Origin: Paecilomyces variotii
Lineage: Eukaryota
DNA: 64,000 nucleotides
Strand: one strand, 5' to 3'
NCBI GenBank assembly: GCA_004022145.1
Contig: RCNU01000006.1
Shown: positions 12,475 through 25,111 of the stretch, piece after piece
Numbering within the stretch: the stretch's first letter is position 1
How the letters are laid out: each line of letters opens with the position of its first letter
Translations under genes and position numbers: made by a program
Notes under the pieces: generated by a model
Seen by the model: only the letters and a program-made list of their open reading frames with translations
What the model was told of the DNA's origin: nothing
The model's database searches: none

Positions 12475-12977
12475 ACCACGATAGGGCTGTCTACTGGGTC
12501 GAGCCCGACGTAACATAATCCACCCCCGAGTTGCTCAAACCCCCAACTTGATCAGTGCCGTATTCATACAAATCAGCCAAATTGGCAGCGCAATATCTTA
12601 ACCACAAAGCTAATTAGAAGGGCTAATCTTTGGAATATATGTAGTATATACCTTATAAAGTATATATCTTCATTTTTAGAGACATTATTTTAAATTTCTT
12701 TCGAGATAATAATAAAATGCAAAACTTACAATGGCAGTTTGTATTATCTGGGGAATTAGAGACTTTTAGATGAAATCTACTGAATAGATATAGATAGTAT
12801 CGTGATATATTATGAATTCCAAAGATTAGCCCTTCTAATTAGCTTTGTGGTTAAGATATTGCGCTGCCAATTTGGCTGATTTGTATGAATACGGCACTGA
12901 TCAAGTTGGGGGTTTGAGCAACTCGGGGGTGGATTATGTTACGTCGGGCTCGACCCAGTAGACAGCCCTATCGTGGT
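12475..12977. mobile_element. 503-bp fold-back / MITE-like element with 162-bp perfect inverted arms and a 179-bp AT-rich spacer
   Basis: 12475-12636 is the exact reverse complement of 12816-12977 by visual comparison; no coding capacity. Confidence 0.8.
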
Positions 12978-13909
12978 AGTCCAAAATGACCATGTACTCC
13001 TAATTTAGTAAACGTCAAGGTCAAAGATACGAAGATAGGAGGATTTCTCTTTGGCGCATTGTTAACCGCATCATTAGCAAGACTTTATCATCTCAGCAAG
13101 ACAAGCCGACGATGCGATGTCGACCGACAGATAGAACTATCTGCATTTGGCTAAAGGAACAGGTCAACAGGCTTATAGAGAATAGAGAAGGTCTGTATTA
13201 TGGACTGCGGTGAAGTACCTTTGGTGGTCTCTATAACCTCCTGTATTTTAGGCACTTAGTCGCCCCTCCTAGTGAGGTTATAAATGCAGACTTCTTCCAC
13301 CCTCCAATCGTCCTAGTAGACAACCAAAGCCATCACATGTAATGAACCTATACAGGTAACTCTACTAAAAGTAAATCATCTATACCTCCGGCTCCTGGCG
13401 TGACCAAGTAGGAGTGAAACCATGAAGACCGTCCATACAATTGGCCCGCTTGAAGCGCTGATGGAGTCATCGTGCATCTGGGTGTTGGTGCGCCTTACTT
13501 CGGGACTATCAGGCTCAGAAACAAGAGTGCTTAGGGATGGTGAGGCACCTTTGGAGAATACGTGCCTCGCCATTTTTTTAGCAGTTTACGAGGACATCCA
13601 GCATGCCGGCAGTCTGGAGCACATGCCTCTAGATTAGGGACCACAGGCTAACTCTTGGATACCTAATCACGTGATATAACATAGCGACAGTGATCAGCAT
13701 CGTCGCTGACTGTACTTGATCTTCTTCCACAATCCGCGTACCATCATCTCTAGGTTTGCACGGCAGAGGTAAAATTTTCGAATTCTCTCTCGGTTGTCTT
13801 TGATAGATCGATAATGTGATGACCGTGAGGTTGAGTGCTACGTGATTTTCTGAAAGGCATCATCGGAGGCATTAGGAGGTACCTAGGTAGGTACCTTGTT
13901 TCTTGGAAT

Positions 13910-15791
13910 ATGTGCCAAACTCCAATCGTGCGTCTTCGGTGCCAGATCCCTAGTATAATACCAAGCCGAAGGCAACTCTACCGCTCAATCTCGATAGTTC
14001 CAGCACTGTCCTACCATCACTCTCCCACGAGCATAAGTTCTTCCGAGACAGGTAAGCACATCCATCTGAGGACGATTCAACGCACCACTCACCCGTACCA
14101 GACTGGAATTCTAACGATGAATTCTTCAAATTCACACGTGGCCGCTTTATTGTAGATGAGGCAGAAAATCTTCGAAAGCGAGAGATCAGGTTCGACATGA
14201 ATCGGCTCGCGCGTGTCGCTGCAGACTCGGTCGGCGCCTCTCGATGCGTTGCTATCAAGAAGTACCCTGACGGCATGTACAATAAAGCATTCCTCATGTC
14301 CATGGATGATGGCAGAGAAGTCGTAGCCAAGGTTCCCAACCCGAATGCTGGTGCTCCACACTTTACTACGGCTAGTGAAGTCGCTACAATGGACTTCGTA
14401 TGTTTATTCTAACTCTGTCCACAGCAAGTTTCGCTAACACGACTGATTTGAGAGGCCAGAAGAGTCCTTGAGACACCGGTACCTCGCGTGTATTCATGGA
14501 ACTCGCAAGCCGAATCGCACCCTGTTGGGGCTGAATTCATTATCATGGATAAAGCTGAGGGTGTCCCGCTGTCTCAAATCTGGGGCACCTTAGCACTACC
14601 CCAGAAGCTAGAAGTGCTTCTTGCCATGACACATCTCCAGAAGAAATGGCTGAGCGTATCGTTCTCACATTACGGCAGCTTGTACTACACAGGAGACATG
14701 CCGCCACCAGCAGGTAACCACTACATCAAGGATGGTAAGGTCATCAGGGATTCAGAATTTGCTATTGGTCCGGCTACAGGCCGGGATTGGTTTGATGCAG
14801 GTCGGTCGGTACTGGGCATTGAGAAAGGGCCATGTATGTCGTGATTTGTATCATTTTCGTGCAGCCCGCTAATAAGTTCGCAGGGGCTTCTCTAACGCAA
14901 CATCTACAAACAGTCAGAACGCGAGAGGTCAAAGCAATTCAGTCTTTGAAACCGCCAAAACAGATTGCCTTATTTTGTGGTCCAAAGCTCTATCGCCCTG
15001 ATAAAGAAAAGAAGACAACTGCTCTAGAATGGTACCAACAGGTTGTCGATGCCCTTATCCCCCAAGACACTGCCATAACCAGACCCTGCCTCTGGCATAA
15101 TGACCTGCATGATGACAACGTCTTTGTTGACCCACGTGATCCCGAAAAGATTTCGGGTATCATCGACTGGCAGTCTTGTCCCATCTCCCCCCTCTTCAAC
15201 CACAACCCCGATCCAGCCTTCCTCGACTGGGATGGCCTTGAGCCTGAGACGCTAGATTTAGCACCAATGCCCAGACTCTCTGGGCTTTCCCCAGAAGAAC
15301 GGTCTGCGGCTGTACACGAGTATACCATGCAAAACGTGTTAATTGCATGGCGGAAGCTCATGCTTTCCAAGAACCCAGACCTATATCGAGCAGTCGAATT
15401 CCGAAAGACGGCAGCGTACGGATTGATGTTTCTCGCTCACCGGATGTTCGAGTATGGCGAAGCGCATTTCCAATCGCTTATGGTCGATCTGAAGGACACA
15501 TGGGCGGATTTACCTGCAGTGACCAACGATATCCCCTTCCCATATGATTTCTCCGAAGAAGATCTCGAACGTATCAAACTTGACAGCGATAGTGCAGTAG
15601 CAGGAACTGAGCTTGTTGCAGAGGTCAAAGAGAGGATGGGCGATTTGTGGCCAGACAAAGGCTTCATCGAGCACGAGCAATACGACGAATGTAAAGCTGC
15701 GCTCCATGAAATTAAGGCACAGATACTGGAACAATTGGCTGAGACTGACGAGGAGAGAGCCGAATATGAACGTTATTGGCCGTTTCAATGA
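13910..15791 (+). CDS. APH/choline-kinase-like phosphotransferase (AIM9-like fungal family), 4 exons; start codon uncertain
   Basis: Motifs FFKFTRGRF, GMYNKAFLMSMDDGREVVAKVPNPNAG..TASEVATMDF, VGAEFIIMDKAEG, LWHNDLHDDNVFV and GIIDWQ. GT-AG introns begin near 14052, 14398 and 14834. Confidence 0.9.
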
Positions 15792-16414
15792 TTTCTATTT
15801 ATCGAGGCAGTGGCATGATCGTGAAGAAATGGTAACAGAACTAGAAAGACACTATCTGTCTTCTTTGCCTCTATATCAAAGATAACCATCCCAATAGTTC
15901 TCGGGTTTTCTACCCAGCCCGGGTAGTTTCTCAGGTCTGGGAATGAGAAGGCGATTGGCTTGTTTTGGGGATCGAATTGTATTTTTATGCCTTTTGTCGG
16001 GTGCGGACCAGAATTTATTGTGATATGCTCGCTGGGAAGTGCACGGCGTTACGGAACGCCTTTGGGAATTTGATAATAGAACAGAACTGCTCTCGATTGC
16101 GTGATTCCCATCTCTATACCCGACCGATTCAACTAGCAGGGGCCTTGCACGGTGCCGTGATTCGAGAAGTCGTATATCCCGATCACTCCCAGTCCAATCA
16201 GAATCATCCAAGAGAAGTTATTCCCCAAAAGTCGACCAAACATTATCCGTAAATAGAAATTGATACGGCTTGATGGAGTTGCAATTTGATTATAGACATG
16301 TGAGCGTGCCGCAATAACCAATACGAACCGTCAGTAAATTACTGCTCCTTGGAGCTCTATGCTTCTAAAAGTTAAGCATCGCTAAATATAGTAAATCTCA
16401 AAGGGGAAAAAAAA

Positions 16415-16418
<4 letters not shown>

Positions 16419-16452
<34 letters not shown>
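16419..16452 (+). repeat. (GA)n microsatellite
   Basis: Uninterrupted GA dinucleotide run. Confidence 0.9.
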
Positions 16453-16457
<5 letters not shown>

Positions 16458-16909
16458 TAGTATTAGGATGTGCATGTCATCTTCGATCGGTTCGCAAAGT
16501 ATTCCCCCTAGAACTAGAAGCAAGCAGGCAATTTAAGGTGTTCAGGTCAGACTATGCTTCCGTGCTATTTAACATCCGACGCAATTATGTTAAGCCAAAG
16601 CCCTCTCAATCAGAGTAAATACATAGGAGCGAAAACAGACAGTAAGACAACAAAACAAATGAAGAGAACATCCAACAGCTATGGTCCCAATTGTCGCAAA
16701 ATGCAATCACTTCTCGAGAGGGATCGGCCGTGGAGTAGCAAGTGACCTGACCTAATATGAGGTGTAGCGTCAGATAGCAGAGTAGTTGCTGCGCTACTTA
16801 AGCAGTGGTATCCATGACCTCCTTTATCTTAGGCACTTAGTCGTCCCGAAAGATGAAAATGAAGAAAACAAATGCAAGAAACCCCGAAAAGAAAAGTCGT
16901 CTCAGTCAT

Positions 16910-17830
16910 TTACTCCTGGCCCTCGTCCTCATCGTCGCCAATCTCACCACCTCCAAAATCGTCCTGGAACTCATTCTCCGTCTCCTTTTCTTTCTCCGTA
17001 GCTTGAAACTCTACTTCTCGAGATGGATCGTACCACTTGAGACGGATGGAGATGTTCGCAATGTCCGCGACGATTGCTTCGCATGTTTCTTTGGAGAAGT
17101 CTTGCTTGGCCATATTCGAGAGGTGAGTCTCAAAAACAACATTATTCAGAGAGTCAACCCGGTCCGCGATGCTGGACGGTGTGATCGTCGTCCATCCCGT
17201 CCTTAGCTGTTGTCCGTGAGATTTGTGTGCTACCACAAATCTCAACGGATGTCTTATGTAGACAGACAATGGCAACTTGAGAAACTCGGAGTAGTCGGGC
17301 TCCGCGGCCTGCAATATAGCTTCTAAGTATAGTGTTTCGCAAACATCAATTTCTATAGTGAATTAACAAGATTCAAAGACCTATTAAGAGAGACCTTACG
17401 TTTCCACTTTCCTAAAAATATGTCAATATAAGCATATTCCAAAACATATATCTTGTGGGATACTTACTGTTACACAAAAGCCACATCCGATACGTCCTTT
17501 CAGTGAACAGGGCCCAACACATCCACCAGCACCAGTTCGCTGGCATTTTCAGGTTGTGGAATGGGTATGGAGAACCATTATTACCTTGAGGAATTCTTGC
17601 ATTGAGATGCTTCTCAATGTTCTCGACAAGATCGAGGATTCGGTCTACCTCCTCCGGGCGCCAATGCTCTCGCACGGCAAGTTCTCTTTGTGAATATATA
17701 TGTAGATCCGCTTTTCTTTAGGTTTGTATAACGGTTTCCTGGAGGCCTATACTTATTATTCGCGGCACGATCGGCGGCGCGCGAAGGACCGACACGATCA
17801 GGGGTACGGTCGGCTAGCATCTGTGCCAAG
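16910..17830 (-). pseudogene. Orphan multi-exon gene with acidic C-terminus, probable premature stop
   Basis: Protein-like frames 17412-17675 (REHWRPEEVDRILDLVENIEKHL..WCWWMCWALF) and 16910-17314 (..DDFGGGEIGDDEDEGQE*). An in-frame TAA near 17718 interrupts an otherwise open frame. The 5' end is unclear. Confidence 0.45.
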
Positions 17831-18838
17831 AGGCGATCAAGCTCAGACTCACCGGACGGGTAGAGGTGCCCGAACGACCCTCGCGATCGGACTCAGGCTC
17901 AGGCGCTTCGGAGTTCTGCCAATATGTTAGTGGCTGTATGACTGTAGCGAACGTGCTCTCTTGAGACAGGGTGACAGGATTCCAACCTGATGAATGTCAT
18001 TCATCCTTAATATGAGGTCTTCTTGTTCCTCTTCCGTTCCCCTGAGCGACTGGTATTGTTTGATGGTGCCAGTACCCCTGGGATGAAGAGATTTTTCATC
18101 ATATTTAGGTAGAAAGCTGTGATGGCATCATTCCCCTCAGTATATACCCATACTGCTAGTTGACTGCAGTGTATGGAAATACTGCTCAACAGATGGACGA
18201 AAAGCACCTCGACCAGGATTTCCACTTCCTTCGGCTCCGCTGAAAATATCCCTAGTAAATTAACTGAATTTTCTAGAACTAGAGACTATATAAGTTCTGG
18301 AGGGCACCCAGACATTTTGTTCTCAATATAACAATATAAGGAAGTGAGGAAGTGAGGAAGTGAGGAAGCTAAAAGGTATATATACGAAATGAATATGTTC
18401 GTTTCTGGATCTAGAACTACCACAATCTGCCTCTTATACTGTAGAGCAGTCTCCCGCATGCGACTGTCTTCTTTGATACTTCACTAGTAGAAAGCGATCC
18501 GCTGCAAGTGAAGCCGTATACTAGTTTCGGGTGAAGTAAGAGTTGCTATAACTCAGTTGATATCAGCGGGTAGTTGCCGACTGTTTGATAAGTTCAAAGA
18601 CCAAAATGATTCACGGCGAAGAATTAAAAGGAATAGCAACAGGAAACCTGGTGGAGACCCCCGCAAATTGCTCTCTTTGTTCTTTGTCTTCCTTTCACTC
18701 GAGGGGCGGAGAAGTTCTACATTCATTGGACAATTGACTTCTGCGACCCTACCACTTTCACATCTCCTAAGCATTCATCACTGAGAGACTACTTTCCTTC
18801 TCTGCAAAATTCAAACCGCTAGAGCTGTTCAATCGAAT

Positions 18839-19353
18839 ATGGAGGACGATAAGATTACTCACCTCAGCAACGCTGCTCGTTTCTTCCACGCGCAATATCG
18901 AGAGGTCAGGATACTCTACAGAGTAATTGTACTATCAAGAATGGACACTGATACGAGTGGGTAATAGGCTGAAAGGCTTATAAACAGCGATAATGAAGAA
19001 GATCAGGATAAAGCGGAGGAAATCTGCAGAGAGCTTTTGTTGGAAGCGAGGCTTCCACCTCATGTCCGTGCCCGATGCCATACCTTACTGGCAGTCTGCG
19101 ATGGGGATTATCTGTAAGAAAATCTGCCCTTCGTCTTCCCTTCACCCAAATCTACAGCGTTTCTTCTAACAGTACCAGTTACCACGCAAGGACAGCTCTC
19201 CGCCTCTACCAAGAGTTTGCTGCCGATGAACCGCACATAAAGGTGTGGCAAGAGATGGCAGAGGCAACAAAGGAGATTGTCAAGGCTGCAGAGGAAGATT
19301 GGGAGAAAGAACACGGCACGATCCCGCCTGAGAGCACTGAAGAAAAGCACTAG
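18839..19353 (+). CDS. Small helical hypothetical protein, paralog B (3 exons)
   Basis: Exons 18839-18904, 18968-19113, 19179-19353. The first two intron positions match paralog A; reads MEDDKITHLSNAARFFHAQYRE..EPHIKVWQEMAEATKEIVKAAEEDWEKEHGTIPPESTEEKH*. Confidence 0.8.
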
Positions 19354-19615
19354 GGGCTGGAGCTATGTCGACTAGACACGTATAGAGCTAGAGTCAACCC
19401 CATGCTGAAAGCTTGTTTCATCATTTTTATTATGAATCATGAGGTGAAGACAAGATAAATACCATAGGCGTTCTTTTATAGAACTAGTATTCACCAAGGC
19501 AATTGTGGTTATGTATCACCGGCTTCTCTATGCCGGACTCATACCCCTTGCGTGGGAAGAGACCCTTGTTCACCTGCATCGTACGGGTAATCTGCTCTAG
19601 CTCATATAGTAGATC

Positions 19616-20732
19616 TCAAAACCCGTCATCGAGTCCCTTGCTCTTCTCATCTTGATGTCTCTCATCAGTAATTTCCCACCACCAAGAATTTGCCCCATCT
19701 CGATCCTTGGCTGCGTCTCCTTCGCCTCTCCTGACCTCTTCACTCTCGTTCCATGGCTTCGGATTGAGAAGATAATGGATGTTCTTCACATTTTCATCCC
19801 TCCATATAGCATCATGCACACCCTTCCATCGCATCGTCTTGAGCGCGTTGTAAATATACGGTAATGCGACCCACCGTCCAGGGAAGGCGTCCGCAAGTAG
19901 CGACTGGTCGGCGAACTCGTAGTTCTCCGTCGACGATGGATTAGATAACCGTGCGAGGATAGTGTCATACACTTTCTGTGAAGGGTTTACCACCTGTAAG
20001 CCTCCATTTGGCATAGCCAGACCAGCGGTGGGCGATGGTCCGGTTGTTTGAGCAAGTTCCGGATCAGAATGCAGAGTCGTGTGCGCGCAGTTCTCAGGTA
20101 TCCTAACGGTTCCAGAGAGTAAGATTGCCAACGGTCTGCTTATTACAAATAAAGCAGTACTCACCAGTCTTTAGGATAATGCGGTTTCTTCAGCGGATTG
20201 CAGACACACGCATGGGTCGCAGCAAACACACGATTCCCCGTCCCACCAAGCTCAGGAGCGTCCAGTTCAAGTTCCATCAATTCATCCATATTTTGCAGCG
20301 CCATCATATCACTATCCAGCTGTACCACTCGCTCATACTGGACGAGCGAGAAGGGTGTGAGCTTGCTCCAGCAGTCGTAGAATCGAGCATCGTTGCTGTA
20401 GTCTTTGTGTGCTGATGGCAGAAGATAGGGAATGCGCTGCTTGGGTATCCTTCTAGCATCGAGCGCAGCGTGACCTTCAGGAGGGAAAGTATCCGTGTAG
20501 AGTGCGACTAGGGGATACTTCGATCCGACTTTCTTCAACGAGTAGTCGAGCGTAAGCAGGCCGGGGAGGTAGGCGGTGTTGGTGATTAGAGTTGTCCATA
20601 CTGGGTCTTATCAGCATTCCGCAGGGGATTACCAACGTACGGATGGCTGTTCTGGAATCCCATACCTTTCGTTGCCTCCGTGGCCTTGTTATCTTGCCTG
20701 TTAGTGGTAGTCATGGCGGTTGAATTTCCCAT
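19616..20732 (-). CDS. Glycosyltransferase family 8 (glycogenin/galactinol synthase-like), 3 exons
   Basis: VWTTLITNTAYLPGLLTLDYSL, WSKLTPFSL..ERVVQLDSDM (DxD), FADQSLL, LPYIYN, HYLLNPKPW. Confidence 0.92.
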
Positions 20733-21023
20733 TGCGGGGTAGTCTTCGATGTTAGTCAGGTACCCTGTCACCCAGGTTGCTCAAGTATCCCGCAATTGAG
20801 CCTCAGGAGAACCGCGAGCAGCTTCTAGAGATGTATTTTCTATCAGTGTCACCGCATGGTAGGACAAGAGCGTCGTGGCATCGACTGATAAGAAGTAGCG
20901 CTGATGGTATCATCAAGCGATAGCGGGGTCCCAAGAACTAACCAAGATCCCTAAGCCATTCAGTCAGCAAGTACACTTGCCGATGGGAGCCATGTTTAGG
21001 CTCGGTTCGGAGTTAACGAAAAC

Positions 21024-21482
21024 ACGCGTTGGTTAGAGCTGAAGGCTGAAGCAAGACTGCCAACGCCTGTCTAATAATAATGTCTATCATCAAACTGCAC
21101 AGGTGGGGGTTACGATACATAACTGAATAATACTACTAGTCTTACCCTAGATCGCGTCCTAACTAGTTAATCCTGCATAAACTGACATAAGCAACTCGTA
21201 TTCAAAGGAGGGATGCATCACGTGATGATCGCGTCGACGCATGATGTCAGGTGATGGCCCGTTGTCGACGCGCGGCACGTGATCTATAGAAGGGACGCGG
21301 AGAGCGCGCATTTGTATGGTGCAAGGACGAAAGGTCCCTAATGGCATGCATGCTCATAAATGTTCATTTCCGGCGTTCCCTCAGCTTGCGAAGCGGTCTT
21401 TTCAGGGCAGTGTTTCGAATTGCCACGCCCTCGCGAAGCCCGCGGTGGAGCTCGAGCCCTCGTGGGCGGCTGTAGAACGCGT
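21024..21482. promoter_or_regulatory. Cluster of MCB-like (ACGCGT/CGCG) elements upstream of TOS4
   Basis: Perfect ACGCGT at 21024 and 21477 plus several CGCG cores at about 21230-21310. TOS4 is an established MBF target in yeasts. Confidence 0.5.
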
Positions 21483-21847
21483 CTCGGGCGAGCAAGCGTG
21501 CATTTCCGCGGTAGGAGACGAGACGAGACGCACCGCTACTGCAGACATTCCTCCACCACTCTCGCACCCTTTTCTTTCAATGCTTCTCGTCCTTTCTGAC
21601 GCAAGAAAAATTTCTCTCTCCCAGCCTCCCTTGGTTCCTTGGAGGTCCTATTTCTCTCTTCCTTTCCCATCTCTCTTTTCTATTCAATCGTGTCTCTGCT
21701 CTCGTGCCCTCTGTTTTCTCTCGGGATCTAGATCCCTACACGACCCTGACACGCCTAGATTGCTTTGGTCCCCGTGAAAAAAAAAAACATAAAAAGCTCT
21801 ATATAGCTTCTATTCGAATACAACAGGTTTTTCCTTAAGCTTGCAGC

Positions 21848-23439
21848 ATGGAGTCTTCTCCGATCAGGGGCAGTACTGCGGCTGCCGTGGCCGGCAAAAA
21901 GCGTCCTGCATCCTTGCTGCCAGCCTTCGAGCCATTGAGCTCCTCGCCGTCTCTTCCTCGACCTCAGAAACGTATGGCACGCGACGATATATCGACCTAT
22001 CCTACCCCAGTACCGACCTCGTCAACCCATATCATGTCTTCGTCTCCGCCACGAATTTCCATGTCACGTCCTGCGACACGCGGTACCTTCTCGTCAGTAT
22101 CAGAACGCGTACCCCTTTCTGCGGTGCCCACGATTATGCTCCCTGAGTCTGGTGAGACGATTTTAATGGGGAGATCGAGTGCGTCGTGCCACCATCAGCT
22201 GTCTGTCAATCGATTGATATCAAGGGTGCACGTCGAAGCTACCTATAAGCCAGCTCCCAATCCCTTCGACAGAGCAAGCATTGAAATCAAGTGCACCGGC
22301 TGGAATGGGATAAAGCTTCACTGTCAAGGAAAGACGTACGATTTGGCAAAGGACAAGACATTTAAATCAGACATCAAGGATGCGGACGTTATGATCGATG
22401 TGCATGACGCGCGGGTGCTGGTCCAGTGGCCACGGCCAGAGAGAAAGGAATCCGGGTCAAGCTCGGACCAGACTTGGGACGAAAATTCGCCCCGAAGGAA
22501 CTCTCAAAGCCACCGTCCATTCCAAGGTAGTCCGCTCAGAGAACGTCAACGTCTGGTCTCCCCGGTGTCCCCAACCCCTGCAGTCCAGGCTCTCATACCC
22601 CCTTCCTCTCCACTACTTCCTCCAAGCCGTTCTCACAATCCCGTAGTGGTCTACGAAGATGCACAGTCTCCTGTCCGTGAAGCAGCCCACGAGAATTCCC
22701 GCACAGCATCGCAGAATTCACAGATTGCTTCAGACTCTGTAAATGGAGTTCTTCGGAGCTCCCAGTCCAGTGACTTGAGTGACCTGAGTAGATCCCCAGA
22801 TGACTTCTCTGACCATGATGAGGAGAATGACCCCATCATTCATTCATTTGGGCCTTTCGGGGAGAACATATTACCTCGAATGGCTTCCTTCCGCGCTGGA
22901 GGATCCCCGCCATTGCCTCGCTCACCCCGTCCCCGATTTGAGTCTCTCAAGCGGGAGCAGACTACCCAGCCGTCTGCTTCCAAGGCCGAGGAAGCGCAGT
23001 CTGAACCCCCAGAAGATGATGAGCACAGAGCAACCATCCGGAATCATGCAGTTAACCAGCTAGCCTTCTCGCGTCTTTCTTCCACCCCTTTCTCGACGAT
23101 CTTGAACAACTTTCCTCCCGGCATCTGGAAGAGAGATAGCCATAGTGACAAGAACGCCTCAAAGGCTGAGATCCGAGCCATTCTCGATTCAACGAAGTGC
23201 ATTGGCAAGGTTCAGCGTGAAGGCAAAGATGCTGCTGGCAAGCCTCTCGAAAGCGAGTACTATTACATCCCTGACTTCGATGACGACGATATGAGGCGGG
23301 AGGCTGTCGTGAATGATCTGAGGAAGCCTGGTCTCCGCAACTGCAGAAAGCAGCACAAGGTTTGATTTTCCAGGTTCGAGTGATATTTCATTTGCTGACG
23401 GGTCTTTTGCAGCAATACTTTTGGCGCAAGCCCAAATAG
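21848..23439 (+). CDS. tos4: FHA-domain transcription factor Tos4/Plm2
   Basis: FHA motif GRSSASCHHQLSVNRLISRVHV..GWNG. C-terminal REGKDAAGKPLESEYYY..LRNCRKQHK|QYFWRKPK*; intron 23360-23412. Confidence 0.92.
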
Positions 23440-24595
23440 ATGGGTTCGGCCCGGTTTTAATCCCGGTACCCTATTACATGCACGGGTACTATTTTGTTAA
23501 CTTTCTTTCTACTACATAACCTTTTTGTGCTATTAGGACATCCTTTTTTTTCGCATAGCGGCGTGTGGGCATACCCCTGTTTTTATTCCCCTTTTTGATA
23601 TATGTGGGTGGTTTCTGTTTTCCGATTCTCTTTCCGTTGCGTTACCAAAAGAACTGCCTATGCAAGATCATGCTTGAACCAGGATCGGGTTGATCTAGCA
23701 GCCTGGCCAAGTCAAACTACACAACGCCTTTCTGTCATCTTACTAAAGATGGCTTGCAACATGGCGAAGAGATACTCTCGCGAGTCCCTCCTACCCCATT
23801 GTTTTTGATTACTGGGTTTTTTATGTATGGATTTCCTTTGTTCATAATGTCTCTGAGCAAGTTATGACACCTATGCTTCCCAAACGACCTCTTGATGCCC
23901 ATTCCCGTTAACCCACCCCCCTTGCCTTCAAAAAAGACCCCTCGTCGCCCAATATTTGCCTGTACATAACTTTACCTTGACAGCCTGGTGGACATAGATG
24001 TACGTCTAGTGGAATTTGAATGACCCGAGTATGACTTAGTTAATGACAGTGGATTTTGACATTGGTAGCGAGTCTAAATACATTTACAGAGAAGCATGTA
24101 AGTTCTCATCTAAAAGTCCAAATAGGTGCTTCTGCAAGATTTGAGCAGAGCATATCTCGATATGATCTACTAGAATGTGACAGGAACAATCAACGTGGGT
24201 TGAGTTGTATCCTGCAAACGACTCCTTTGAGAATGCTAGTTCGAGTTGCAAGGCGGCATACATCTGCGGAAGTTCATACTAAGTAAGGGAGTAATTGTTC
24301 GCGTTTGAGTCTTCGCCACTCCCTATTTGACCAGTATTTTCGTTGTCGATCTTCTCCTTGCACGCCGTATGACCAGAGAACATCATTACGCGGATTATAT
24401 TACGGCCATCATATCACATCCAAATGATTTATATTTTTTTCTTCTCTGAAAACAACTCATAGACCATGTACCCCCACCTAAGCAAACTCCCCCGCTAACA
24501 CCAGCACATCACGCCTAACATCAAACGAGAACTACTCGCAAGTTCGACACTCAGATGCCACTTCAACGGTCGCGATGGCTTCAGCTTCCAGCACC

Positions 24596-25111
24596 TTAGA
24601 TCATCAGTCTCTCGACCTGGTTCTTGACGGCCTGGATCTGGTTGTTGAGGTCGGAAGCAGCGTTGGTGGTGATAGAGCAAGCGATAACGGGACGGCTCAC
24701 ACCGCACGCACGTCCAAGAGCCTATATTTTTCCATCTGTTAGCAGATGCGCGAATGAAGATACCAATATGACGGGTCTCAGCAGGGGTATTACCATCTTG
24801 CTAGGGACGTAGACGTAGGGAACGTTCTTGTCCTCGCAAAGCAGAGGCAGGTGGAGGAGGATAGCGAGAGGAGTAGTGTCCGCAGCGAGGATGACGATCT
24901 CGGAGACACCACGGTTCAGGGTCTTCGTCGCTTCGTTTGCTCCCTTCTTGATCTGGCGGTAGTGGGAGCCCTGCTGGACGAGGTCAAGGATAGTCTGGGT
25001 CAGAGCCTCGTCGGCGACGGGCCACGCTGTGAGAATACAAGTCAGTATAAGAACCAGACCCTCCACTAAAGAAAATGATTGGAACGTACCAGCATTAGCC
25101 TGGTCAGACAT
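24596..25111 (-). CDS. snu13: Snu13/15.5K kink-turn binding protein (U4/U6.U5 and box C/D snoRNP), 3 exons
   Basis: [79 protein letters not shown]. Confidence 0.97.

Noticed and set aside
10663..19615. Displaced second copy of the eEF3 3' end, or a Starship captain/endonuclease gene
   Set aside because: Scanned by eye and not found; this absence limits the 3'-replacement hypothesis.
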